DNA of 64,000 nucleotides from Octopus sinensis. Lineage: Eukaryota. Location: the NCBI RefSeq assembly GCF_006345805.1, contig NC_042999.1, positions 172,236,001-172,300,000 on the forward strand. Direction: 5' to 3'. Below are positions 28,511-42,294 of the stretch, one piece after another. The first letter of the stretch is position 1; the number at the start of each line of letters is the position of its first letter. The position numbers and the translations under genes are program-made. Under the pieces are notes generated by a model. It saw only the letters and a program-made list of their open reading frames with translations, had not been told where the DNA came from and did no database searches.

Positions 28511-28796
28511 CGTATTAAGAGATATGTTATCTCGCTGTTTTAAAGATCAAAAGCGTGATATGACGAAATCCTAGGAGTTACTGAGAACGAAAATTTTAAC
28601 ATCTTGTGGAATGTAATGATTCTGTGTGACCGCTAGATTAGACATTCTTGTGGTGACAGGATAAGAATAAAAGATGTCTGTCTTCCTTGCAGGATTCTTG
28701 AAGCATGATCAATACACAAATGCCACCTTAATCTGATGGTTGTGGCCTGGTGACACCCTCCATCATACGCAACAAAAATAAACTGAGAGTTTTCAT

Positions 28797-28816
28797 GAAT
28801 TGATGAGGATGACGGC

Positions 28817-28848
<32 letters not shown>

Positions 28849-28966
28849 GTGGGGGGAGGACAACATCAACAGCAACAATGAGATGGAGGAGAAGGAGGTG
28901 GAGGAGGAGGATGAAGGAGAAGAAGAAGAAGAAGAAGAGGAAGTGGAAGAAGAAGAGGATCTTTTT
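28797..28966. repeat. Compound GAT/GAG/GAA trinucleotide tract
   Basis: Direct. Confidence 0.85.
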
Positions 28967-29544
28967 GTAACTGATGCAAAAGTCACGATGTTCGAGGGAA
29001 AGATTGACTGGTACTTTATATCATAGAACTGCGTAGATGAGAATATGTATGTCCAGAACGGGATTTGATCACAGAAACCAAAAACCCAAATATACACCTG
29101 ATATAGTGTTTTGAAGCAATGAAATCAATTTTGAAAAGGTGTCTTTAGTGAAGTACATTGATTTTAGTACGTGAATTAAGTTTCTTGCCCTGGGGAAAGG
29201 GAATTTGTTCTCATGAGAATGTTAATAGTTCCAAATGTAGCGAAACCAACCTTAGTAGTAAAAATGTATTGCTAATAGTACTATAGAAGCCTGAAGAATG
29301 TATTATCGATTTCACATATGACATCATAGCCTCGATATAGAGCCATAGTATTTATTGATTTTATTACCAGTCTTTTATTTAATGTACTCATTTTGAGCAA
29401 TTCAAATATTATTTACGTCGACACACACATCCATACGAACACAAAGAGACTTATTGACATGCACATATTCATGTATGTGTTTGTACATGTGTATATATGA
29501 ATGTGTAATATAAAAATAGACGAATTGATATCCAGATAAATAGC

Positions 29545-29547
29545 TAT

Positions 29548-29630
<83 letters not shown>
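29545..29630. repeat. (GATA)n microsatellite, resuming after the LINE insert at ~29817-29920
   Basis: Direct. Confidence 0.95.
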
Positions 29631-29631
<1 letters not shown>

Positions 29632-29815
29632 GTTTCTTTATTGGCCACACAGGGCTGCACACAGATGGGACAAGTTACAAGGTAGAGCTTTTCTTTTGGG
29701 GGATGAAAAAAAAAAAAACAAAAGGAACAAAAAAAAGGGGTGGCGTAGGTTTTCGATCAAGAGGGATCGTAAAAGGGAAGAAAAGAACAAAAAAAATAAA
29801 TAAATAAAATAAAAA
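29632..29815 (-). mobile_element. 3' end of Tx1/L1-like LINE inserted in (GATA)n
   Basis: tttctttatt.g..acacagggctgcacacagat..acaa.ttacaaggtagagcttttctttt is shared with 30959-31023. Confidence 0.9.
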
Positions 29816-29924
29816 ATAGACAGACAGAAAGACAGACAGACAGATAGATAGATAGTTAGTTAGTTAGAGAAGATAGATAGATAGATAAATAGATGGATAG
29901 ATTGATAGGTAGATAGATAGGTAG

Positions 29925-30005
29925 GTGTAGGCGTGGCTGTATGGTAATAAGTTTGCTTCCTTTCCACACGGTTCCAGGTTCTGTCACACGACGCAGTAAC
30001 TTGGA
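29925..30005 (+). mobile_element. SINE family A head only
   Basis: ggcgtggctgtatggtaa..ggttccaggttctgtcac. Confidence 0.6.
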
Positions 30006-30609
30006 TATCTGAAAATTTGAATGGAGAATGCTAAACTGAAGATTATAGATTCAAAACAACAATGGAGTTGTCAAAATTTGCAAATATTTTCGAATATATA
30101 TATATATACATCTGTGTATATATGCGCATGGTAGGACAAGTAACGATATGTAAGATAATGCATACATAACACAGAATGTTAATGATTTGTAGGTACGTGG
30201 TATTTCGTTATAAAAGAATAATATACTACAGAGTATAATAAATGTTTTTATAAGTCAAAACCACGTTCTTTTTACATTATTCTGTTAAGGTTATTTCTTC
30301 AGAATATCTTTAGAAATAACAGAAGATGCAAATCTACATACACACTGGTTGCTTTTGAATGTCATATCACATCCCTTCGGCAACATCTTTTAATTACCAC
30401 GTATAGAAGTGCATCTCTTGACCAACTTTGCATACACAAGGCAGATAACATCGTGAGACTTGGAAAGTGGCCCCTTGGGCAACTTTACTTGGTTGATAAG
30501 CTTAAGTACATGCCCAAAATAAGTCGCTCGATTCTGCCGCAGCGTATCATCAGATGAAAATATATGCGTGTATCAGCAGAAGACCGTGCATAGATATGTT
30601 AGTAGAAAG

Positions 30610-32385
30610 CTCCTGGATGTCAGTAACTTTAGTCATCAAAGCACTCTATCATGGACTAAAATCGGTTTGCTAACTACGATTTTGAAGAGTATGCGTTTAA
30701 AATCCAGAATCAGGAAATAGCAACCACATACCTGACGCACAAAAGGCACAATACGCCAGAAAAAAATCTAAAATGTGATAATCGATACATACTTTATGGA
30801 GATAACACGGAAGACATCACCCACATCATAAGGAGTCTTCAAAAAATATAATCACGGTATTATCTACCGATAAGACATGATGTTGTAGCTAAGACACTGC
30901 ATAATGATACCTGTCGGAAGAAGAACCCTGGGACAAAGATATAAGAACCCACAATATGTTTCTTTATTAGCTACACAGGGCTGCACACAGATAGAACAAA
31001 TTACAAGGTAGAGCTTTTCTTTTGAAGGTTTAAAAAAATAAAAAATTAAAAATTAAAAATTTTAAAAATAAAAAAAAAGGAAGGGGGAGTTTCGATCAAA
31101 AGGGATCGTAAAAGGAGAGAAAGAGGACAAAAAAAGGGGGGTTAAAAAAAAGGGGGAGAGGAAAAAAAATTGATCAATAGGCATCGTTATCACAGAAATG
31201 TCAATATGAAGTGTAAGGGGAGGACACAGGTGAGGTTTACCCGTGGAAAGAAAAGCCTACGGAAAAGACCACTGTAACCTCGGTCAATGGAGTTCATGTT
31301 ATATTTCTTTTTTTTTTTTTTGCGAATAAGCAACTCTCTGTTTTCAATTTCTGGGTTCATAGGATCATGCTCAAGGTGGCTTCGTCATTCATACGTGCCA
31401 TTCTTGCTACATTCACCCATCTTTTTTTAAAACATTCGCTAGACAAAACTTGCCTCTCTACTCTCACTTTCCTTTTCAAGTGGTACTTGAAGAAGTTGAT
31501 GAGAGATTGACCAGAGAGGAAAGTGTTTGTCTCCAATCCTTTCAGACGCGTCCACCAGATACATTCTTTCGCCATAGCCACAAGGATGATGAAAATAGCT
31601 CTTCCTTCCCGTTTGAAGGAAGGAGGCGTGACAATATTGACGATAGACTCAGCTGATAAACCGACTCGTCCCACACGTGACAGCAGTTGTTCGACATAAG
31701 CCCACAGGTCGGAAATTGTTGGACACTGCACGAGTGCGTGCCGAACGGTTTCGTCGCATAAGAACCCACAATATGGTAGAAGCCATAGCCCCTCATAATA
31801 AGGAATTCTATTGGAATCTACCAGTGAAAACTTCAATAATATGTTATCATAAGAGACGTGACATAGAATTTTGGGACAGAGAAGAGAAACAGTGTAGATT
31901 AGTAGAAATTAGCTACCCATAGGATGTAAACTTAAGGCTAAAAGTCAGAAAAAAAAAGAAAACACCTACACTAAACTATTGAGGAATCTGCAGTTACTCT
32001 ACCCACATTAGACGTTCAAGCATTATACCTATCAATATTGAGGCACTAGGATGTAGCACAATACTTAAGTACCAATTTTGAGAAATTAGGCTTCTCAAAA
32101 CCAGAAAGGAGTAAGCTAATTCGAATATTACATATCCAAAGTATCATGGGAACTTGAAAAAATTTGCAAAATTTCGAGAAGTTTGTAATTTAAATAGAGA
32201 TGTACATTTCTAGACATGCAACTACATGCATGAAAATACATAGATAAAATGTAACATAGAAAGCTACACATGCACTGACTACAGATACATGCAAACATTC
32301 CAGTGAAGGAGCCTTGGATCTGGGTTGAAAATCAGCCCCTTGTCTATTGGTAAGAAATTTTGAAATAAAACAGAATAATGACATA
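30610..32385 (+). mobile_element. RLE-type (R4/NeSL/HERO-like) LINE 3' portion, interrupted at 30959-31757
   Basis: FEEYAFKIQNQEIATTYL..CDNR....EDITHII..YYLPIRHDVVAK (knuckle/RHD), then after the insert YWNLPVKTSIICYHKRRDIEFWDREEKQCRLVEISYP*DVN (decayed PD-(D/E)xK). The 3' UTR ends aataaaacagaataatga. Confidence 0.85.
30959..31757 (-). mobile_element. 5'-truncated Tx1/L1-clade LINE with 18-bp TSD
   Basis: Open frame 31357-31757 (C)DETVRHALVQC..LW..VEQLL..AKECIWWTR..FFKYHLKRKVRVER..F.KRW, typical of a Tx1 ORF2 C-terminus. 3' UTR with AATAAA. TSD ataagaacccacaatatg at 30941-30958 and 31758-31775 (exact). Confidence 0.9.
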
Positions 32386-32759
32386 CATACATTCGTGCAT
32401 ACAAACATGCGTATATACATCATACATATTAATACATTCATATATAGTACTTGTTACAAATGTGCTTAAGATTACCTCTTTGCAGACGAGTGATTTGCCA
32501 TTGCACAGCCCATTTACAAGCTGCTTTTATACTATTCACTGGCCATCTAAAGGGCTTGCAATAGAAATATGTATTTCTGTGCGAACTTCATGTTTGTCCT
32601 TGTCTTCACTATACAACAGACTTGGTTGTTTAATCTTCTGTAAGTTAGAACTTCGGCAACTGAAGATAATTACAATAAGTGTCAGGTTTAAAACGTATCA
32701 GTACTGGTGCATTTATTTCTTCGTTTTCGAAGGAATACATATACGCATATACATACATA

Positions 32760-32897
<138 letters not shown>

Positions 32898-33748
32898 GGA
32901 TGGTAGTTAGCTGAAGGTTTTGGCGCAAGAGAGACGAGTTAAATTGGAAGCCAGCAGAGGATGAGTAGACGTGATTTGGCCACCTCTGCTGACTGACAAA
33001 CAGGAGGGTGTTAGGGATCATAGTCGAAACACCCCGATGAACTGATTATATCAGTTCTTCCTGGCCTTTGGCTCCAATCCCTTAGATGAGTGGAAAAAGT
33101 ACCTATTCCTCGGTGTTACCACACACACACACACACATACACATATATATATATATATGCATATATATGTATGTATGAATGTATGTATGTGCACATGTTT
33201 GTGTGTGTGTTATATATATACTTTCTACGCGGGATCAGAAATTGTTAGTATTACATTCGTCATGGACATGGTTCACTAGAAACACATTTTACAAAGTGTT
33301 GCTGGCTACAAAGTAATAAAATTGAAACGAAATGTTACGAGTATAATATTGTATCCAGGCAAAACGGTCAATTCACTTTTCACTTGAACATTCCTTATAA
33401 CGCTTAAAAGTATTCGTATTAGTTGTAGCTAATATATCGGTGTAAATTCTATTGTATAATCTGAAACTCTAACTATTTGTCTGGCTTTTCTTGGTTAAAG
33501 TAACGAGCCTATCACTTTCCCTAATGTTTCAAAGTAACTTATTCTCCCATTGGTGTAATGTTGTTCATAAATAACAATCCATTCTGTAATTAGAAATTAT
33601 ATATGAATTGTTTTCTGCAAATCCTTATAACATTGAAAGCAACTTTGTCCCACAGACATCATTGATGTCTGTCTCCTGAAGAGACTGACAAGAGAATCTG
33701 CTTACAAGAGCTCCTGCTGTTTAATCTTTTGGAGTAGTTAATTTTTTT

Positions 33749-33785
<37 letters not shown>

Positions 33786-34783
33786 TATGTGTGTATTTGG
33801 GTGTATGATGTGTGTTTGTGCGTGAGTGCATGTGTGTGTGAATATGTGTGTGTATGTGTGTAAGATGATTCTTTCAGAATATTGGTATTTTGTTAACCTG
33901 TTTCTGCGTTAAGCCTCCGTTAAAAACCCGAGTCTTATATATTTCTATATCAAGTAGTTAATTATATTTCCATTAAATATTCCCAATAAATCTTTTCAGT
34001 AAATATCGTTTAACCATTACTCAGACGAAATTGAAGTCAGTTATAATTTTTCAGTGATTATCGGCACAAAATTTAGGCATTAACCTAAGCTTTACCATCA
34101 ACAAAGCTATGTCCATAGTATATACTTTTAAAGCTTCATTCGATGAGTCTATGATGCGTTAGTGAACAACTAAAACTAAAAAATCAATTCACTAACATTA
34201 CACGTAACCCATTGTTACACACGTCACTCTCACTACATGAGGGTATAAAATATGAACATTTGTATTTAACGTCTTTGCTATTTCTGTTTTTTTTGTATGC
34301 AAAAGACACTAAATCTAATCTATAACACTATTATCCTGCTCAGACATCTGTAAAATTACCCGTGATGCGGCTAAAATATATATCAATTCCCTGAATTACT
34401 ATCGTACAGACATACAATTCACATAAAACTTATTCGTATCCTCTTTCCATTATTTCTGTCTAAAACTCGTAAATATATTACATTCAGAAACCTAACTGGT
34501 GTGTAACTATTTCTTTAATCGTCCTCTATATAGCTCATTTGCTGCAAAATGATGTACTAAATATTTAAACCAAAGATTTACTTCTCTAACTGCAGCCATT
34601 TATAACACCGGTTTCTGACCATACATCTCCCTAGCGATATGCGGCGATTGAATCTGAATGCCAGGTATGCCGTAATCAGTGTTTAAAACATGGAAATCTC
34701 ATATCTTCTCTTTCTCTCTCTTACTAATAAAATAATTTATGTGTGCATGTATGCGTGAGCGCACTTGTGTATATGTGTAAGTG

Positions 34784-34825
<42 letters not shown>

Positions 34826-37504
34826 CGACAGTTTGTGGGTTCATGTATATATATGTATATATCTAATATAACAAATATATATTTACTCATTTATTTATCT
34901 TTACATGCACATTCATACACACGCTCATATATCTATACACTAGCCAAAATCCAATAACAGTTGGACATTCACTGATAGGAAATCTGTAATATTCATTTAA
35001 ATAATATTCTGATATTGATAGCAGCACAAATGAATACTTCGGGAAATCAGACAGCCGTTCCAAATAAAAGTAAATCTATTTTAATAACTTAAGTTGAACG
35101 TTTGAAACTAAGTAATATTATAGGTATATGAAGGTATCAATGGAATAATTTTGTCAGAATTGTAAGTTACACACGAGACTATTCTCGTTGATTCTGGAGC
35201 GAAGAAAATAATCAATATTTGAAAGTATCTAATCTCCAATGTTAATGTTTCCTTAGCTTTAAAATTTTCTTGGCAGCTTCCAGTTTGCTTTGTGTCTATA
35301 TTATTGATTGATTTTGAGGAGGCCCAACATATTTTTGAATAGGAAAAATATATTTTCGGTGTTAATAACGACATTTCTTCTTGTTCGGTTTCAGAGTAGC
35401 TCTCATTGATCAAACCTATGATCAAAACCATATTAACCGTGATCGTTCGTCTTGTATCCAAGAAGAATTCTTGATAAACCTGTTCGTTGTATCCTGCATT
35501 TCAAACACTGAACGGTGTTATTTTGAGATATAGATTTTTTTTCTGGCAGATCGATCTGTAATGCAGGGCTTCCCTAGTTGGATTGTACTGATGCCAGTGT
35601 AACGCGTTCGAAGTAGACAGGAATTTTTCTGGCTTCGCTACGCCTTCGTTAAATGTACCTGATATGAGAACCAATCGAAGTGTATAAAGTACATTCTATA
35701 GTGTATTGCTGAATGTACCCAAACTGAAAGATAGTGAAGTCAGAAGCTGAATATTTGTGAATATGCGATTGATTAAGTCTGACATATGACTAGAAAACAA
35801 ATTCTATAGCCAAATAGTGATTCCATCGTTGGCTGGAATTTTTACATATCGTATATAAGCAAAAGTACCTAGAGTAGAATACGTTAGAAGAAGAATTTAT
35901 TATTTAGTAAAGCTGTTCAAATCTGAAACTGCGAAAATCATTTTACGTTGTTGACATTCTTTGATAATGTCATCATTATAATTTTCAGAAATCTGAAAGG
36001 GAAGAAAAGGAAGGTGGTAGTTCAAACAGTGAGGCAATGGATACTGATAAGTGTATAATAGAAACTTTAGAAAGGAAGATAAATTAATTGCGGATCTTTG
36101 GTTGTTGACATAATAACATTTCTCACTCTAAAGTATCGATAAATTGACAGTGATTCATTAGAAAAATCATGATCCAGTTTTTATGTTACAACGATCAAGG
36201 AGAGTGTTCTTTGAAATCGGGCCATTCAAATCAGTGTTGCAGAAACAGTATAGACACTGAGTTTGTGAATATTAAAGACAATAAATTTCTTGCGCAGACA
36301 ACATATCACATCATAGCATTGAAACCTTGCAAATGTGAAAACATTTATAAGATGAAAGAGCAATAGATATTAATAGTGCCGCTTTTGTACATAGCAAGAT
36401 CTCTCAAAAGTAACATAATCTGTGTAGACATTTGCGGAGAACGTTTAAAATTTCTGCGTTTGTCGAACAGTGAATTATACTTGAAAACAGATACATCGCA
36501 GACATTGTAGCATCCAGCAGAAATTTTTACCATACCTACTTCAGTGATTCGCAGGTCACTACTTAAAATATATTAGACTTGTATTTTTAACTAAATATTC
36601 AATCACATTAGTCGTAAAAGATAACGTCAAAAAATTTGTTTCAGTTGAAACTGTATAATGAAAGACGCATTTTTCCTGCATCAAATAATAATACATTGAT
36701 GTGTGTGTATATATATAACATGACACAGGCACACGTATGGACATAGCAATTATAAATTTTCGCACGATTTTGACAGGAAAAAATATTTCCACGTACAATT
36801 TGACGATTAATATCTCATTTTCACTTTGCCAGAACTTCGCATCGAAAGATTATGTACGAAATCTTCCTGTACTCTTTTCAACTACAATACGAGTGGGAAT
36901 GTTGCACATGAAAACAATCGCTTGCAGCAGCTATGCTGAGGCTTTCATTTCATCTTGAAAAGCTTGCTGCAAATCATAATGACAAACACCAGACGATGTA
37001 AAGTCGAGAAACAGCGTTACTCCAATAACATAGCTGTTTCCAGTGTGTGAGCCAGTTATGCATTGATTTCGTGGTGGTAGACAGTATGACGACTGGATAA
37101 ATGTGCCATATTATGTCACTGCCTCACATATGCTGGATTAAAAATAAAAGAAAAAGAAATTAAAACTTTAAATAGATGTGCATTTAGTAAGTCAGTGCAA
37201 AGTACCTGCGGGTCAATTCCCATTTCATTATTTTGAATTTCGAATACGTGGTCAGATTAAAAGATATCGGGACGTTTGGTATGATAATGATGCTAAAGTA
37301 CGCAGAGGGAAGCTGATTAGCTCAGACTGACCTTCAATTCCGGACGTTGTCGCTCACTTCTACTGCTTATAGCAGTGTTTCGAATCAAAATGTGTAGACT
37401 TTCAGCTCATTACAGAAATCACGCTAGTGACGATGGCGGAGAAAACTAGGCAGAGAATGTGAATCTAATGCTTCCAAAGACGTGGTGATGACTCCCCACC
37501 TTTG

Positions 37505-37592
37505 ATGGTAGTGGTGGTAGTAGTGGTGGTGGTGGTGATGGGGATGTTGGTGGTGATATTGTTGGTAGTAGTGGTAGTAGTGGTAGTAGTGA

Positions 37593-37649
<57 letters not shown>

Positions 37650-37671
37650 TAGTAGTGTTAGTAGTAGTGTC

Positions 37672-37730
<59 letters not shown>

Positions 37731-37739
37731 CAGCAGCAG
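37505..37739. repeat. (TGG)/(TAG)n/(CAG) trinucleotide microsatellite
   Basis: Direct; source of the poly-T/poly-V pseudo-ORFs. Confidence 0.95.
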
Positions 37740-38205
37740 GCATTGACTCCCATGGCTTCTGATGGGCTAAAGCAAATATTCTGCTCAATACTACAGATTT
37801 CCTTGTCAGTTGTTTGACCGTAAGTAGTTGAGCATGTCCCTTGGTGGCTGGCGATATTTGCATCTCTGAGGGAGCATCATAACCTTGTGTTGAGAGGAAT
37901 TCTTTGGAGTTTGAATAATTCACCTCTGAAAACATGGGTGTTTTGTGTATCATCATTAAACAATCCTTCTTGAAGAACATTTTGAACGGATGGGCTACTC
38001 GACCTGAAGCAAATTCTAACTGGACCCCACCTGCAAGGTCATGCGCTGTTTATCTTGGTATTAGATTACCATTAAACGCACACAAGTTTGTGATGCATGT
38101 GCATGATGTACCCTTATCAGAGAAGTAGTTATGATGGGTATACTTGGTTTCGTATATTTTAGCCCAGTGTCACTTTGATGGTATGCACTGCTTTCTCACT
38201 CAATA
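37740..38205 (+). mobile_element. Dispersed repeat, probable LINE 3' UTR ending in (TAA)n
   Basis: Second partial copy at 12420-12620. Ends gcactgctttctcactc immediately before the AAT array. The LINE assignment is inference. Confidence 0.6.
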
Positions 38206-38358
38206 ATGACAATAATAATAATAATAATATAATAATAATAATAATAATAACAATAACAATAATAGTAATAGTAATAATAATACTAATAATAACAATAATA
38301 GTAATAATAATAACAATAATAATAATGATAATAATAGTAATAATAATAATAATTATTA

Positions 38359-38407
<49 letters not shown>

Positions 38408-38431
38408 AATAATAATAATAATGATAATAAT
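38203..38431. repeat. (AAT)n-(ATT)n-(AAT)n microsatellite
   Basis: Direct. Confidence 0.95.
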
Positions 38432-39510
38432 ACCAACAACAACAACAAGAGCAACAGCAGAACCAACAATAATAAGTAATCAAATAGATAAAGCGGTCAA
38501 GGTATTGTGGACTGTTATTAATCATTCTTAGTTACCATACGTAAATGTTCACTCTAATCATCACAGCAGGACTGAATCTATTTTACCTGTGAGGCAAGAC
38601 ATCTGCAACCAATGTCGACTCTATTTTGACAAATATTCTTTCACGTTAGCTGTAGACTAGTGAATAAAATATAACTGACCGATGAAGATTGCAGCAAAAG
38701 TTCTCATAACTGCAGTTCAATTATTCTCTAGTTCATAAAACGGAAAGTATCATAGCAATTACTTACTGAGCTGACTTTTTGATTGATGTCTGTATGATAA
38801 ATTAATAAAGAATTGACCACTGGAGTTCGTTGATATAATTGGCAAATGACTGGCTCTAGATATGGTATCGTATTATGCTTTTTTATAATTATCAATGATG
38901 AAAATGCCAGATAAACACAGCTCATAAATTCGAATGTAGATAATTACAATAAAGTGGATATGCATATGGTATTGAAGTATTGCATCTGATAAGGTTGCTA
39001 TGATGGACACATAATGGATTTAGTACTGAATTATTACATATACTTTTTTATTCTCGCTGTATACTGCGGAAAGTGCATGGCTCTTAGTAATTCAATTTCT
39101 CTATATAAACATTTTACAGAATAAACGTAGAATTTCCAACTTTATCCAATGTTTGTATTGCATAGCTACTGAGAACTTTTAATTTCCCTAATTGTGGTTG
39201 CACATTTTCGTTTCAACAAACGGAGAAGACTCGTTTATTCTTACAAATGACGACATTTCTCGCATATGACTGAAATTGGACTGAAATTGAGAGATGCCAC
39301 TGGAAACCTCTATCGATGTATATATTCATACGTACGTAATACATATATATACATATACATACATATATGTGTATATATATATATATAAATATTAAATTAA
39401 AATAATATGAGTGAAAAATTGAATATTAATTTGATTAATATCAATTTAAAACTAGTGGTCTAGCATATAGCAAAATCTGAAGATTCAGGAAAATTATATT
39501 ACATACATAT

Positions 39511-39942
39511 AAGCGGGATTACCACTAAGTGGACATCCATTCTGCTAGAAGTCGACCCCCTATGGTCTTACCACTAAGAAAGAAATGTTCTCAAGAAAAT
39601 TTAGCAAACGCCAGAACGTAAGCGAGGAAGACAAATGAAAAGATACAAAATATATAGATTAATCACAAACCCGATTTCGTTGTTACCACTTACGTAATTA
39701 CTTATGTAGATGTCCACAACTCGTCAGTGTGATCGCCATAGCAAAATACAATTTGCAGAACAAATCACGAGACGTCTGCATGAGATTAAACATGTATATA
39801 TTTCTACCGATTACATTTAGGGTTATATTTCAAAAGTCTTCGTTTTTCCGCATTTTTCTTTAGAACATTCCTTTCTTAGTGCTAAGAACATAGGTGGGTC
39901 GACTTCTAGCATATTGGATATCCACTTAGTGGTCATCCCTTA
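39511..39942. mobile_element. MITE with ~90-bp imperfect TIRs in TA context
   Basis: Left gggattaccactaagtggacatccattctgctagaagtcgaccc..; right reverse complement gggatgaccactaagtggatatccaatatgctagaagtcgaccc... Confidence 0.85.
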
Positions 39943-39943
39943 T

Positions 39944-39995
<52 letters not shown>

Positions 39996-42294
39996 TGTGT
40001 ATGTATGTATATATGAATTAACAGTTTGAGATTTTAAAAAAGGTAGTTAGTTAATTGTTTATATATATATGCATGCTAAAACACGACCTAATTTGGACAC
40101 CTATTCGTATCATTATCGAACCTGGAGCTTAAATCAGTTTGTCCACAGCATTTACGTATGTTTCTAATTGTGGAAAAAGCAAAACTAATCTTGTGTCATT
40201 TGAAATTGCTAGATGGAATGGTAGAAAGTACTTATGAAGTACAGCTAAACAAAAAAGAAAAAAAAAGATTTGCAGGTAAGTTTGTGGCAATGTGAGTTCT
40301 CAAGACTACATTGTACTATACCTAGATCTAGCATTTTTCTTTGAGAGCGTGATCACTGTTTTGTTTATTTTTTATAGCCCCATTTTTATATCTATCATTT
40401 CTTGAAAGAGATATTGCTACGTTTATTGTGGGGTTTACTTAAGATTATATCGTTATCCTCTCTGCGGTCATTATTATTGCGATTTTTGGCGTGGGGACTA
40501 GAAATCACATTACCATTTTCATGTTATTTATATCACATTCAATTTGTTTCTTACCTACGCCGTATTGATTTATAGCATGAACTTTATACATATGTACTAT
40601 GATATCTTTTTTAAGGATATAAATGATTACATCTTTATACCTAGGTTTAACTAGAGCATTATTGTAGTACCTTTCATAATTCATGAATTTCGCGTCACTA
40701 GTGGACATTCTAAATACTTTATGCAGTAGAAACACGTGTCGGATTAAATTCTAATGTGTATTTAATGGAAATGAAAATGTTATAAATTTTAAAGATGTAG
40801 AATTTTCCATTCTTATGTTAGTGTGGTTGTGTGTGTGTGTGTGGTGTGTGTGTGTGTGTGTGTACGAGTCCATCCACGTATATTACACAATCCGTCATGA
40901 ACATACATGCAAATGGCGTTATGTTGTATCGGTAGGAATATGGAAAATCACAAATAAATTTTATTTTATTTTAGCTTCCACTGGTTCTTACTGTCATTTG
41001 TGTTGAGAGGTAATTATCTTCTCATTCACTTCAAGAAGCTAAATCCGGCAAGAAATTAACGCTCGAATTAGCTTTCCCTAGTGATTCGTGGATAACTTGC
41101 TATTTATCATATATTGTGTTATAAGGATTAGAGCGCCCGTATTTCTTATGAATATAATTTCCTTCTACAGATTTTTCCTAATGATGTATATACACACAAT
41201 TTCTATATACAAAAAGTGTCGAAAAACATAAAGTGAAGTGGTGAATTATATTGTAAACCAGATAATTAGTCATCCTAAGAATGCAAATATTACTGATTCA
41301 TAACTTTCTTTGAACATTCTGTTTTCTTTTTGAGATGTTCTTTTATATCTAAGTAGATAATTCGCTTCAGGAATTATACGGACAAATGTCATAGCGAAAC
41401 TACACTTCTGTTTTAATGAACATTTCTTCTCAGATGTTCATAGCAATCTTAATCATACGTATTAATTTATTAATTTTGAATTTCTGAAGCTTCTAATGTA
41501 TTTTAATGAAATATATATGGAAGCAGATATTTAAATCATCACTAACTTGTAAAGATATAATTATAAGATGAAAAACAATGCAATTCTAACTAAATCACGA
41601 TGGTAGCTGCTGATATAAAATATTTTTCTGTTCTGATTCTTTATCATTCTATTCATCTATGACGCCAATACTAGAAAACGCTGAAGTAATATTCTAGTAA
41701 GAAAAGTCTTCAATGCTGTGTGATATAGCTTCACTACTTATACATACCTTGCAGCAATATACATATCCTGTGGCATATCTCAGTAATAACAAACGAATGA
41801 ATTTTATATTCAGCGATCAAGCGATACTAAGCTAAAGTCACAGTTCTTGTATGAATAAAATTCAGATCTCATATGGCAGTGAATAGAATAAAGTCACAAT
41901 TCTCAATATTCACTCAACTAGCATATAATGACTGAAGGCAGGTATGTAAATGGTAAATCTTTCCGTTCTATGCCTAGACACGAGCATAGGATGAGGCTTG
42001 ACCCTTTGAGCTGGGACATGAAAGAAATGTCTGCTGTGTGTTTGGTGTTGTGGCTACTCCCTCCTAACAAATGGGGAATGGACCTGCAGATATATATATA
42101 TATAATATATATATATATAGCAAGATAGCTAGTAATAAAATCTCAAGAAATGATAGAGTAGCTGTCGCTCCACTGCGCAGGTGTGTGAGAATGTATAGGT
42201 AGATACATACATTCATTCATACAGACATACATGCATACATTCATACACACACATACATACATCCCATACATACATACAAGTAACAGTGAATGTT

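Noticed and set aside
30250-30600. Inverted RT fragment upstream of the RLE LINE
   Set aside because: Only a vague resemblance (VICLVYAKLV); not supportable.
31357-31836. 159-aa ORF as a gene
   Set aside because: Chimeric: the first ~26 codons are antisense host LINE plus TSD, and the rest is a truncated Tx1 ORF2.
34600-34640. gaaaccggtg on minus as a hammerhead
   Set aside because: No upstream core or helix II.
41928-41947. ATG ACT GAA GGC AG|gtatgt as a first coding exon
   Set aside because: Donor match only; no supporting promoter or downstream exon.
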